Below are positions 50,078 through 59,770 of a DNA stretch of 64,000 nt, in pieces. The number at the start of each line of letters is the position of its first letter. Positions within the stretch are counted from its first letter, which is position 1. Origin of the DNA: Polyangia bacterium (lineage in GTDB: Bacteria > Myxococcota_A > Polyangia > Nannocystales > Nannocystaceae); contig JAUIFF010000001.1 in NCBI GenBank assembly GCA_030429545.1, positions 275,599-339,598 of the forward strand. The letters run 5' to 3'. The translations under genes and the position numbers were made by a program. Below the pieces are notes generated by a model. That model did not search any database. It worked only from the letters and a program-made list of their open reading frames with translations, and was not told the origin of the DNA.

Positions 50078-51048
50078 GCTTCACCACTCAGAAACCGGCG
50101 GCCGAAGGCAAACAGCGAGCGCAGGGCAATGCCGGCCATGTCCTTTTTCTCGAGTGTGGGCCGGTAGCTCAGCACCTCGTAGTTGGCGGCCTCGACCCGT
50201 TGCAAGATGGCCATGCCGCCGCGCCAGGTCGCTTCGAGTTCCATCGACAGGCCGGGCGAAACCTGGCGGATCAGCGGACGGCCGCGCAGGAACATGCTGC
50301 GGGTGCGGGCCACCGAAAATGCCATGAGGTCGCGGAAGTTGCGGGTGTGACGTTTGGCCAGCAGGTCGTCGCGCGAGACCCCAAAGTGGATGAGGTCTTC
50401 CTCGGGCAGGTAGCAACGCCCGCGCGGGGTGTCGACACTGAGGTCTTGCAGGAAGTTGGCGAGCTGCAGGGCGCTGCAGATTTCGTCGCTGTAGCGATGC
50501 AGCTCGGGACTGCGGTGGCCGTGGATGTAGAGGACGAGCCGACCGACGGGATTGGCCGAGTGGTTGCAGTAGTGGCGAAGCTCTTGAAAGGTGGCGTAAC
50601 GCGTTTTGGTGAGGTCCATGCGAAACGCGGTGAGCAATGCCTTGAGCGGAGCAATCGGAATGTTGTGCTGGCGCACCGTGTCGCGCAGGGCGACAAACAC
50701 CGGGTGGCTGACATCGCGGTGGTAGCAGGCTTCTAGCAGTTGCTCCCACGCGTCGAGGGCCGCCGCACGCCGGCCTTCAAACCGGGGCTCGTCGGCAAAG
50801 TCGTCGGCAGTTCTTGCAAATGCATAGACCGCCATGACGTTGGGCCGCAGCTGGGCGGGCAAAAACCGCGAGGCCACGGGGAAGTTTTCGTAGTGGGTGG
50901 TGGCCATCCGCTCGCAGTAACGGTACGCATTTTCGGCGGTCCACGGCCCCGGAGGCGCTCCGTCGGGCGGCGTGAACCGTTCGTTTTGGTCGCCGTCGAC
51001 GGCTGGCGGTTGCACGCAGTAAAGATGGGGTTCGGTGGCACTGACCAT
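50074..51048 (-). CDS. hpnC: Hydroxysqualene synthase (squalene/phytoene synthase family)
   Basis: HYENFPVASRFLP (HpnC-type motif), YAFARTADDFADE (Asp-rich). Confidence 0.8.
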   Translation of the reverse strand: MVSATEPHLYCVQPPAVDGDQNERFTPPDGAPPGPWTAENAYRYCERMATTHYENFPVASRFLPAQLRPNVMAVYAFARTADDFADEPRFEGRRAAALDAWEQLLEACYHRDVSHPVFVALRDTVRQHNIPIAPLKALLTAFRMDLTKTRYATFQELRHYCNHSANPVGRLVLYIHGHRSPELHRYSDEICSALQLANFLQDLSVDTPRGRCYLPEEDLIHFGVSRDDLLAKRHTRNFRDLMAFSVARTRSMFLRGRPLIRQVSPGLSMELEATWRGGMAILQRVEAANYEVLSYRPTLEKKDMAGIALRSLFAFGRRFLSGEA

Positions 51049-51081
51049 GGCGTAACTACTTCCTATATTCGTTGGTGTAGG

Positions 51082-53352
51082 TTAACTGCGATCGGGATCA
51101 CGGTGGTTTTTTTGCGCCCGCATCTGCGCCAAGCGGTCGCGGGCGTGGTCAACCTTGATTTCGCCATCGTCGATCAGGGCGAGGGCAAGCAATTCGACTT
51201 CTTCGCCCGTGGCCCCAACCTCGGCGGCAATGGTGCGGGCATGCAGGGACATGTGGCCCTTTTGAATGCCCTCGGTCGCAAGGGCGCGCAGCGCAGCGAG
51301 GTTGGACGCTAGCCCGACCGCGGCCATCACCTGACCGAGCTCCGCCCCGTTTTCGCAGCCGAGAATCTCGAGCGCGAGGCGAGCAACGGGGTGGGCTTTG
51401 GTCGCTCCGCCGACCATGCCGACGGCGACCGGTAGACTCATGCGACCTTCCAGCCAGCCCTTGTCGGTCTTGTTCCACACGGCGAGGGGCCCATAGGCGC
51501 CGGAGCGGGCAGCATAGGCATGGGCCCCAGCTTCGAGGGCGCGCCAATCATTGCCGGTGGCGAGGGCAACCGCGTCGACACCATTCATGATCCCCTTGTT
51601 GTGGGTGGCCGCGCGGTATGGATCGAGTTCGGCAAACCGCGAGGCGAGGGCGACCCGGTCGACGACATCTTCGCCGCGCCAACCCTTGCTGGCGAGGGCT
51701 TCGGGTGGCACCTGGGCCCAGACGTGGGCACAACGTCGGTCTGAGAGATTGCTGAGGATCCGCAGCCCCGGGACCCACTGACAAAGCGCGGCCAACCTCG
51801 GGGCGAGGGTCTCGGCGACAGTATTGACGAGGTTGGCTCCCATGGCATCCCGGCAGTCGATGATGACATGCAGGACGATCATGTCTTCCGCCAGTACGCG
51901 GCCTTCGATCGCTCGGGCACCACCACCGCGGGCCACGAGTCGAGGATGGGCCGAGTCGGCCAGCGCGAGCAGACTTTCACGGGCGGCCAACAGCAGGGAG
52001 AGGGCTTCGTGTGCCGGTGGAGCACGCCCAGATCGCGGTGGGCTCAACTGGATTTGAGCGATCATCCACGGCGGGTCGGAGTGGGCCATAAACCCGCCAC
52101 CGGTGCGGATCATTTTGGCCGCGTTCGATGCCGCGGCGACAACCGACGACTCCTCGACACACATCGGCACGAGGTAGTCGACCCCCGAGATCCGAAAGTT
52201 GGTGGCGATCCCGACGGGAAGCTCGAGCGTGCCAACGACATTTTCGATGATGTGGTTGGCCCGCTCGACACTCAGGCCGCCGGCATCGAGTGACTGCAGG
52301 CGATCCGGGTTGATCCCGGTCGAGTCGGCAACCACCGTGCGACGATCGTCGACGCTGAGTTTGAAAAACCCGGCCAGACGCGAGCAGACCGGTGGCCGAG
52401 ACTCACGGCGGACACCTTCCTCGCTGATCGCGAGGTTGGAAAGCGGCATGATCCCTTCGGTCTTGAACAGTTCGACCGCGAGTTGGTCGAGGTCTCCACG
52501 CGAGCGGGCGAACACCACGACCAAATCACCGCCACCGGCACCGCTTGGCTTGGCCGCAAGCCCGTGTTTGGCCGCGGCGTCGATGATCGTGTCGATGGTC
52601 GGGGTCAAAATCGTGACGCCGGCGACGGCTTCGAGTCGGCGCAGCCCGACGTTGTGGGTGCGCACCGCCTCAGCGAGGCGTTCAAACCCGTCTTCGAGGG
52701 CGAGCGCCGCTTGGAACTCTCGACTCGCGCGCTTGAGTTGGCCGATCGCCCGGTCGACTTCGGACCGGCTTTCGACCTGCTCGACCGCTTGCACGTAGGC
52801 GGTCGTACTCGCCGGCTCGCCGGCATCGAAAAATCCCACGTGTAGCCAACCGGGAAGGGTGGCGCGGTCAAACACCGGTTGCCCAGACTCGCGGCGAAAC
52901 GACAGCACGCCGCCGAGGGCCGAGACCGCCACATCGGCACCACTTCCACGTCCGTCCTGGGCCGCGCGGTGGGCGGTTTGTGCGAGTTCGTGGACAAGTT
53001 GCTGGGTCGCCGGGTCGCTGAGGTCGTAGCCCGCGGCTGCCAGGTAATATCCGATGCTCGCCACACAGACCGCCGCACTCGATCCGAGCCCGAGCTTGCG
53101 GTTGCCGTGGGTAAAGCGACCGCTATCGACGATCGGCGGCACGACTTTGGCTGCGTCTGGGCGCTGTGCCTCGAGGTGTTTTGTCGCGACCTTGTGGGCT
53201 TCGAGCAGTACCCGCGATGGTTTGAACGGACGGGTCGACTTCGATGCTTGCACGCGGGCAGTGACAGCGGCGACGAGGGCCGTCGCGCCGTACAACACCG
53301 CGTACTCACCGATCAAAAACGCCTTGCCCGGGGCTGAAATCCACGAATTCAC
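51082..53352 (-). CDS. Bifunctional phosphomevalonate kinase (GHMP, N-terminal) / HMG-CoA reductase (C-terminal) fusion
   Basis: The N-terminus SAPGKAFLIGEYAVLYG plus KLGLGSSAAV (GHMP motif) is phosphomevalonate-kinase-like. The C-terminal ~420 aa carry HMGR class I motifs (ENVVGTLELPVGIA, DAMGANLVNTVAE, GMVGGATKAHP). Confidence 0.8.
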   Translation of the reverse strand: MNSWISAPGKAFLIGEYAVLYGATALVAAVTARVQASKSTRPFKPSRVLLEAHKVATKHLEAQRPDAAKVVPPIVDSGRFTHGNRKLGLGSSAAVCVASIGYYLAAAGYDLSDPATQQLVHELAQTAHRAAQDGRGSGADVAVSALGGVLSFRRESGQPVFDRATLPGWLHVGFFDAGEPASTTAYVQAVEQVESRSEVDRAIGQLKRASREFQAALALEDGFERLAEAVRTHNVGLRRLEAVAGVTILTPTIDTIIDAAAKHGLAAKPSGAGGGDLVVVFARSRGDLDQLAVELFKTEGIMPLSNLAISEEGVRRESRPPVCSRLAGFFKLSVDDRRTVVADSTGINPDRLQSLDAGGLSVERANHIIENVVGTLELPVGIATNFRISGVDYLVPMCVEESSVVAAASNAAKMIRTGGGFMAHSDPPWMIAQIQLSPPRSGRAPPAHEALSLLLAARESLLALADSAHPRLVARGGGARAIEGRVLAEDMIVLHVIIDCRDAMGANLVNTVAETLAPRLAALCQWVPGLRILSNLSDRRCAHVWAQVPPEALASKGWRGEDVVDRVALASRFAELDPYRAATHNKGIMNGVDAVALATGNDWRALEAGAHAYAARSGAYGPLAVWNKTDKGWLEGRMSLPVAVGMVGGATKAHPVARLALEILGCENGAELGQVMAAVGLASNLAALRALATEGIQKGHMSLHARTIAAEVGATGEEVELLALALIDDGEIKVDHARDRLAQMRAQKNHRDPDRS

Positions 53353-54353
53353 GGTGACACCTCCACATGGGCATCGGGCCCTGGCCGGACAACTTCGACT
53401 TTGTGGACCCCGGGGACCTTGCCGAGTCGCTCACTCAGCGCGTCAGCGGCGTGGGGTAGACACAGAACTTTGACATGGGGCCCGGCATCACTGGTCCCGT
53501 AGCCGACCAAGCCCTGGGCTCGGGCCGCCCACAGGGCGTGAAAGACCTCCAAGGTGGTGCCGTTCCAGTACACCAGCGGAGGTTGGGTAGCCATCATGCA
53601 CGCGTGCATCTTGAAACAAGAGTGCTCGATAATTGTGCCGAGGCTGTGCAAATCCCGGTCAGATAATGCGGATTGTGCGGCGTCGAGGTCGGCTTCGGAG
53701 GTCGCTACCCACGGTTCAAAGTATGGTGAGGTCAGGCGCGACTGCTCCATCCCCGAGCGCGAGCTCACCGGTTTTGGCCCCTTGGCGGTATGGACGATCA
53801 GCAGTCGGACGTCCCAGTGGCGTTGCCGGAAGAGTTGCCGCGCGAGGCAATCGAGGCCGTCATCGCGCTGGCCGCGGTCGAGTCGAACAAACCCACCCCA
53901 AAGTGAGCGAGCGGCCGAGCCAGATCCCTGACGAGCGAGGCGCGAAAGCGCCGACATGTCGAGCGGCAAGCAAAACGCACCAGCGGCCGCCAACGTGAGG
54001 GCGGCAAAACCCGAAGCCGAGCTCGCCAGACCTGCCGATGTCGGCAAGAAGTTTTGCGATTCAACTTCGCAGCGGGGACGTGCCCCGGAGTGTTTCGATG
54101 CCCACACACGATCGAGTTGGGCGAACACTTTGGTGGCGACCGAGCCTGTCTGCTCTTTGCCGTTGAGAATAAATCGGTCGATGTCGACCTGCGTGCGCAA
54201 CATTGTCTCCGTGCGCAAGTCGCTCAGGGTCATCGAAAGCGAGCCCACCGCCGGGAGGTTGAGGTCTGCGGAGCTGCCGGTTCGCTTTCCCCAGTATTTC
54301 ACCAGCGCGATATTTGAGTGTGCAACCGCTCGCGCTTTGCTCGGAAGTTTCAT
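53349..54353 (-). CDS. mvaD: Diphosphomevalonate decarboxylase
   Basis: SNIALVKYWGKR...LPAVGSLSMTL; GHMP motif LPTSAGLASSASGFAAL. Confidence 0.9.
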   Translation of the reverse strand: MKLPSKARAVAHSNIALVKYWGKRTGSSADLNLPAVGSLSMTLSDLRTETMLRTQVDIDRFILNGKEQTGSVATKVFAQLDRVWASKHSGARPRCEVESQNFLPTSAGLASSASGFAALTLAAAGAFCLPLDMSALSRLARQGSGSAARSLWGGFVRLDRGQRDDGLDCLARQLFRQRHWDVRLLIVHTAKGPKPVSSRSGMEQSRLTSPYFEPWVATSEADLDAAQSALSDRDLHSLGTIIEHSCFKMHACMMATQPPLVYWNGTTLEVFHALWAARAQGLVGYGTSDAGPHVKVLCLPHAADALSERLGKVPGVHKVEVVRPGPDAHVEVSP

Positions 54354-55270
54354 GCCTCGACCCTCACCTCAAATGCTTCAACCTGTGCAGTTTCAAACGC
54401 CTTGAGCAGCGGACCTGCGCCGTCACCCGGGAGCGCAATGATGCATCCCCCGCCACCGGCACCCGTCAGCTTTGCTCCGAGAGCACCCGAACGATTGGCC
54501 AGGGCGACGAGCCGATCGAGCTCTTCGCAACACACTCCAAGGCCCGACAGGAGTTCGTGTGATACTTCCATAAGTTCGCCGAGTGACTTGAAATCATTTG
54601 TAACAATCGCACGCTCCGCAGACGTCACAAGTTGACCAAGAGCCTGCAACACAGGGTCGACGACCAACGGAAAGCGTGTCTTGCGGGTGCGGACATTGGC
54701 CACTTGGTGGGCCGTCGACCGGGGCTTGTTTGTATTTGCAACCACCACGGTGAAGGGGGCAAATCGCAGGGGGGCAACCCCATCGCTTCGGGTGTAGCGC
54801 AGCATGCCGCCGCGCGTTGCAATCTCGCTGTCGAGCCCCGACGGGTTGCCGTGGAAAACCCGCTCACCCGCCATCGACGCCTCGACAATTTGTGCGGGCG
54901 GAGCGTCTTCGCCGAGGGCCAACTTCGCCAGGGCAACACTGAGAGCCGCCGACGAACCGCACCCTGCGCGCGCCGGGATTTTTGTCTGGCCGGTAATCCG
55001 CCAGCCAGTCAGCGGCCCATCGCAGTGACTCATGATCGCGTGCAGTGCCAGCGAAAGCGGGTCCTCCGACTCCGGCCGCAGCTCAAAGTCGACATCCCAA
55101 TCTGGAATGCTCAGCTCGAGTGGACGGCCGTGTTCGGTCGGCTGTGCGTGAAGCACGACCCCATCGGCGATCCCGGCCGCAAGGGCGGGGTAGCCATACA
55201 CGACCGAGTGTTCGCCAAATAAAATGACCTTGCCGAATGCGGACGCACGGCTGTGGAGTTGCGGACGCAT
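54350..55270 (-). CDS. mvk: Mevalonate kinase
   Basis: AFGKVILFGEHSVVYG at the N-terminus; GHMP motif PARAGCGSSAALSVA. Confidence 0.85.
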   Translation of the reverse strand: MRPQLHSRASAFGKVILFGEHSVVYGYPALAAGIADGVVLHAQPTEHGRPLELSIPDWDVDFELRPESEDPLSLALHAIMSHCDGPLTGWRITGQTKIPARAGCGSSAALSVALAKLALGEDAPPAQIVEASMAGERVFHGNPSGLDSEIATRGGMLRYTRSDGVAPLRFAPFTVVVANTNKPRSTAHQVANVRTRKTRFPLVVDPVLQALGQLVTSAERAIVTNDFKSLGELMEVSHELLSGLGVCCEELDRLVALANRSGALGAKLTGAGGGGCIIALPGDGAGPLLKAFETAQVEAFEVRVEA

Positions 55271-55274
55271 TGGC

Positions 55275-56324
55275 TCAGGGTTGCCAGCGGGCGAGGTTGG
55301 GACCGAGGTGTTTGGCAGCCCGTTGCAGGGCCGCGATGTCCGGTGATTGGGTCAGCAGCATGATCGCCTTGATCGTTTGGATCACCCGCTTGAGGTAGTC
55401 GCGCGCACCGTCGATACCACCGGCGCGATGGGCTTTGAGCACCGGCGAGGCGAGGCCTCCGGCGGTTGCTCCGAGGGCGACGGCCTTGGCGACATCGGTA
55501 CCCGTACGCATGCCCCCGGTCGCAATGATTTGGAAGCCGAAGCCACCGCACTGCAACACCGAGCCTCCCGTCGGAATCCCCCAGTCCCACAGCTCTTCGG
55601 CGATGTGGCGGGCGACGTCGGTGGTCGCACGATGGGCTTCGACGGCGACCCAACTGGTCCCACCGGCCCCGCTGACATCGACATGGCGGATACCGCATTC
55701 GTGGATTTTGCGGGCGACCTGGCGAGAAAGTCCGCAGCCGGTCTCCTTGGCGACCACGGGGATCGGGAGGTGCTCCGCGAGCCTGGCGAGGGTCTCCAAA
55801 CCGCCGGTAAAATCGCGGTCGCCACCGGGTTGGACAATCTCCATGGCCGGGTTGAGGTGGATACACAGGGCATCCGACCCGGTTTCACCGCAGAGGTCGG
55901 CGATTTGCTGGGTGGTCATCCCGCGGGCCTGGACAACTCCGAGGTTGCTCAACACCAGGGCGTTGGGGGCACGCTTGCGGACTTTGAAGGTCCACGCGGT
56001 CTGCGGGCGTTCAAACATCGCACGCTGGCTGCCCAAGCCAAAGCCAAGACCCAGCTCGTCGGCGACCTGGGCAAGGTCTTGGTTGAGGGCTGCGGCCTCA
56101 TCGGTACCGCCGGTCATCGCCGCGATCACGACGGGTGCCTGAAGGCGTTTGCCGAGCAGGTCGACCGATGCATCGACATCATCGGCATGCAACTCGGGGA
56201 GAGCACAATGAACCAGCTCGACCTCCTCGAGCAGCGTCGTTTTTCCACGAAACCCGACGTTATCCCCCGAACACAGGGCGAGATGGTCCTTTTTTCGCTG
56301 CGAGATATCGAGCCTATCGGCCAT
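55275..56324 (-). CDS. fni: Isopentenyl-diphosphate delta-isomerase, type 2 (FMN-dependent)
   Basis: DISQRKKDHLALC...PVVIAAMTGG...GGTSWVAVE: an IDI-2 TIM-barrel. First gene of the minus-strand MVA/squalene operon. Confidence 0.9.
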   Translation of the reverse strand: MADRLDISQRKKDHLALCSGDNVGFRGKTTLLEEVELVHCALPELHADDVDASVDLLGKRLQAPVVIAAMTGGTDEAAALNQDLAQVADELGLGFGLGSQRAMFERPQTAWTFKVRKRAPNALVLSNLGVVQARGMTTQQIADLCGETGSDALCIHLNPAMEIVQPGGDRDFTGGLETLARLAEHLPIPVVAKETGCGLSRQVARKIHECGIRHVDVSGAGGTSWVAVEAHRATTDVARHIAEELWDWGIPTGGSVLQCGGFGFQIIATGGMRTGTDVAKAVALGATAGGLASPVLKAHRAGGIDGARDYLKRVIQTIKAIMLLTQSPDIAALQRAAKHLGPNLARWQP

Positions 56325-56355
56325 GGTCGCCAGAGTACCGAACCTCTGCAGGATT

Positions 56356-56370
56356 GCTAGCCCGGCTAGC
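56356..56370. promoter_or_regulatory. Palindromic element GCTAGC-ccg-GCTAGC upstream of the mevalonate operon
   Basis: Two palindromic hexamers separated by 3 nt, ~35-45 bp upstream of the fni start codon. It could be an operator. Confidence 0.3.
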
Positions 56371-56574
56371 TCACCCCAAAAAAGGCAAGGCCAGCAGCTT
56401 TGCGACAGCGCGGCACCTCGCGGTCAACAACGGCATTCGGCAGTTGGTGTGACCGGTGATTCGAACCACAGGGCACGCGGTGATGAACCGATCTGGTGAT
56501 CGGCAGTGCGTCCGTTGGCAGTGAGCGGTTTTTTACGCGAGGGTGTACACTCGGACGTCCAGCAGGAGTGAAAG

Positions 56575-57069
56575 GTGAGCGCAGAACCTCCCTCAACGGA
56601 CAACCCCTCTCGCCCGGCCGACCCGGCCGACGTCAACTCGATCGACGCCATCATCCGCGCAGTCTATGACGCCGTGTCGTTTACCGACGCCAACGGACCA
56701 GACGGTGCACGGCTCGCCAGCCTCCTCACACCTGTTGCCAAGCTCACCAAGGTCATGCCCGAGCTTTTGAGCGAGGCGACGGTGCCGGAGTACGTCGCCC
56801 GTGTGAAGGCGTGGGTCGAAAGTTCGGGGTGTCACGGGTTTATCGAACGCGAGTTGTTTCGCCGCACCGAAGTCTACGGGGGGATAGCCCACGTATTCTC
56901 TTCGTACGAGGGGCGGGTTTTGACCGGCGATGAGGACTCGGTGATCGAGCGTGGGATCAACAGCATTCAGCTGCGTCACGACGGCACGCGTTGGTGGATT
57001 CTCGGCATCCTGTGGACCGAAGAGGACGAAAATCGCCCCATTCCCGCGGCCTACCTGCCGCGGATGTAG
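56575..57069 (+). CDS. Hypothetical protein (NTF2/SnoaL-like fold possible)
   Basis: 164-aa ORF. No clear motifs. Confidence 0.4.
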   Translation: MSAEPPSTDNPSRPADPADVNSIDAIIRAVYDAVSFTDANGPDGARLASLLTPVAKLTKVMPELLSEATVPEYVARVKAWVESSGCHGFIERELFRRTEVYGGIAHVFSSYEGRVLTGDEDSVIERGINSIQLRHDGTRWWILGILWTEEDENRPIPAAYLPRM

Positions 57070-57152
57070 CAACTTCGTCGATCGGCTGGCCGGGAAGGTT
57101 GTATGTGCAAAAGAACTGTGCGGCTGACCGCGATTCAAGTTGAACCGACGAG

Positions 57153-58106
57153 GTGCGGGCAAATTTGATGCATCAACAAATACGTGGGCGCTATGCCCCG
57201 AGCCCGACCGGTCGCCTGCATCTTGGCAACGCCCGCACAGCGCTACTTTCGTGGCTCGATATCCGGCTGCGTCGCGGTGTCTACATCATGCGGGTCGAAG
57301 ACGTCGACAGCCAACGCTCGCGGCCCGAGTACGAAGCCCGCATGCTCGACGACCTGCGCTGGCTCGGACTCGACTGGGATGAGGGACCCGATGTCGGGGG
57401 AAACTACGGTCCTTACCGCCAGTCAGCGTGCCACGAACGCTATCGCCAAGCACTCGCTAAACTCGATACATTTGCGTGTACATGTACACGTAAGGATCTC
57501 GCCCAGGCGCCGCGCAGCCACACCGGTGAGGTGATTTATCCCGGCTACTGCCGGCAGGCTCCGTGCAACCCCGACCGCGGGTCGGCGATCCGCTGGCGGG
57601 TCCCGCCCGGCCAGGTAGGTTTTTGTGACCGCTTTGCCGGCACCGTGATCGAGGACGTCGCCCGGGATACCGGCGACATCATCCTCCGGCGCCGCGATCG
57701 AGATTGGGCCTACCAGCTCGCCGTGGTTGTCGACGATGGGGCCATGGCAATCACCGACGTATTGCGCGGAGCGGACCTGTTGGCGAGCACCCCTCGCCAA
57801 CTCCACCTCGCGCGCGCGCTCGGACTGCCCGAACCCAGCTACGCCCACGTGCCGCTGATTCTCGGCGAAGACGGGCGCAAACTCTCCAAGAGTCACAGAG
57901 CTCCCGATCTGAGTGCGCTACGCGAAGCCGGGATTCCAGCTCCTCGAGTGGTTGCTCGCCTCGCCCAATCCGTGGGTCTTGTGGACACAAGTGTTCACGA
58001 GCTGACAGCCCCGCAGCTCGTCGAAACCTGCCGGCAGCGGTGGGGCGATGAGGGGCTCAAGCAGCTCGAGCAACGGATTGTTTCGTGGGACTCGTGGGGT
58101 GGATAG
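57153..58106 (+). CDS. gluQ: Glutamyl-Q tRNA(Asp) synthetase (truncated GluRS paralog)
   Basis: RYAPSPTGRLHLGNARTALLSWL (class I HIGH-type), a zinc-binding Cys cluster (CTCTRKD...PGYC) and KLSKS (KMSKS-type). ~310 aa. Confidence 0.85.
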   Translation: MRANLMHQQIRGRYAPSPTGRLHLGNARTALLSWLDIRLRRGVYIMRVEDVDSQRSRPEYEARMLDDLRWLGLDWDEGPDVGGNYGPYRQSACHERYRQALAKLDTFACTCTRKDLAQAPRSHTGEVIYPGYCRQAPCNPDRGSAIRWRVPPGQVGFCDRFAGTVIEDVARDTGDIILRRRDRDWAYQLAVVVDDGAMAITDVLRGADLLASTPRQLHLARALGLPEPSYAHVPLILGEDGRKLSKSHRAPDLSALREAGIPAPRVVARLAQSVGLVDTSVHELTAPQLVETCRQRWGDEGLKQLEQRIVSWDSWGG

Positions 58107-58107
58107 C

Positions 58108-58455
58108 CTACGGCCAAGCAAACAACGCCCGCGTGATCAAACCAACCACAACACTGGCTGCGTTCGCCAACACAGCCCATGCGAGTGCCGGACGCACGCG
58201 GACAGTCCACAAAAACACTGCTTCGGCAGCCACGGCAAACCCCTCGGCCGTCAAAAAATACACCTCGTAGCTCGATTCGAGCATGAGGTCGGGGATGATA
58301 AACCACACGACCGGGTGGGTCAGTAAACTGGGTGTAAATGCAATTATCACGCGATAGATGGGTCGTCGCCCCCGCGCGGCCCGGTAGTAAATTGGGCCCT
58401 CGACCACCTGTGTGAGCAAGAATGCGGCTATCCAGGCCTGTGTATAAGCACTCAC
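58108..58455 (-). CDS. Small integral membrane protein
   Basis: 115 aa with 3-4 hydrophobic helices. Overlaps the upstream gene by 4 bp. Confidence 0.4.
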   Translation of the reverse strand: MSAYTQAWIAAFLLTQVVEGPIYYRAARGRRPIYRVIIAFTPSLLTHPVVWFIIPDLMLESSYEVYFLTAEGFAVAAEAVFLWTVRVRPALAWAVLANAASVVVGLITRALFAWP

Positions 58456-59585
58456 TTACTCGGACTCCGGCGCGAAGGCAGTCCCTCGCAGGCGAACAAG
58501 GCGATTGCTGCGAGCTCGATAAACCCGTGAAACCGGACCACACGAAAATACCCGTGGTTGGCCTGCATGAGGTCGAACACCGCCCACACCGCAAACGTGA
58601 CACACAGGGCCAAGGCGACCAGCATGGCCGGTGTTTGGAAGTCGCGCCAAAGTTGCAAAAATGCGGTGCGAAACGGGGGAGGTGTTGGCCGCATGCGATC
58701 CTCATCGGGGACCAAGCGCAACCAGATGCCGTAGTGAACCGACTGACAAAAGGTGTACAAGAGCACAACGCGTACCCCGAGGGACGGGTCGAGTCCCGGT
58801 GCTAGGCGGGCGAGCTGGTAAGTCAGGTCCATGTCGCCGGCCGAGCCTGTCAAGCCCGCGGTCGAGCTCACAGCGAACTCGGAAACCGGGCTCATGATGA
58901 TGCCACATGCCAGCGCAAATGCCACGAGCACGAGCCAGTGGAGTTTTGTTTGTCGGGCTCGCCAGGCCCACCACAGGCCGACAGCTATGAAATTGTGTGC
59001 ATGTGCAAAATAGAGGTCTCGACTGGCCCCGGCGTACTGGAGCGCCACGGTAGCTGCCAGCCCCACTGCGGCAACGGCTAGGCGCCGACCAACAGGACCG
59101 CGGGCGACCAAACATATCCCGGCGATTGCGAGCATCCCAACTCGTGTATCTGCACCGAGTCCACAGGCGAGAATTGGCAGCCCGGCGACGAGCCACAAAG
59201 ACACGCGCCGATGAAAGCCGGGGAGGATAATGAGGTGGCGAATATCGCCGAGGACGTGGGGGATACCCAGGAACAAGGGCCCGAGCGCAAGTACCCAAAG
59301 CGGCAGCCACAGGGCGCCTATCAAACTCGTTGCGACAAGTGCCAAGCCGACGAGCGTGACCCGAAGCTCGCGGTTTCGGACGATTGGCCGCGCCCACCGT
59401 CCGAGGGCGTGCAAGCTGCGAGTGCGCAGCCAGTCGAGCGGTCGCAGCAGCCCGGCGAGCAGGGAGGCAACCGTCGAAGACGGATGGGAAGGGGCGTAGT
59501 GCACGAGCTTCACCGCAAGTGTAAACGAAGGATGGGTCCGCCTCAGAAATCCGCGCCTGATTTCTCGATGTCGCCTGTGGAGCAC
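58452..59585 (-). CDS. Polytopic integral membrane protein (hypothetical)
   Basis: 377 aa with 8 or more hydrophobic segments. The start is uncertain. Confidence 0.4.
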   Translation of the reverse strand: MLHRRHREIRRGFLRRTHPSFTLAVKLVHYAPSHPSSTVASLLAGLLRPLDWLRTRSLHALGRWARPIVRNRELRVTLVGLALVATSLIGALWLPLWVLALGPLFLGIPHVLGDIRHLIILPGFHRRVSLWLVAGLPILACGLGADTRVGMLAIAGICLVARGPVGRRLAVAAVGLAATVALQYAGASRDLYFAHAHNFIAVGLWWAWRARQTKLHWLVLVAFALACGIIMSPVSEFAVSSTAGLTGSAGDMDLTYQLARLAPGLDPSLGVRVVLLYTFCQSVHYGIWLRLVPDEDRMRPTPPPFRTAFLQLWRDFQTPAMLVALALCVTFAVWAVFDLMQANHGYFRVVRFHGFIELAAIALFACEGLPSRRSPSK

Positions 59586-59770
59586 AGCCAGGGAGGTCGC
59601 GCATCGCTCGCGGGGCGTTTCGAGCTGGCGGAACGTTCAGGTCAACGACCACCAACTCTGGCAGGAGGTTCGTCTACTTGGTCTTGGCACGCCCGCGCCA
59701 GGGTACGCAGTCGTACGCTGCGAGAAGGCAACGACCAACTCGACGACAACCCGGAGTACGATGGGCGTAT

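Noticed and set aside
56440-56520. tRNA-like T-loop sequence GGTTCGAATC (minus strand) upstream of the mevalonate operon
   Set aside because: I could not fold the surrounding ~76 nt into a cloverleaf. There is no complementary acceptor stem, and the apparent T-stem arms do not pair. It is likely a chance match in a promoter region.
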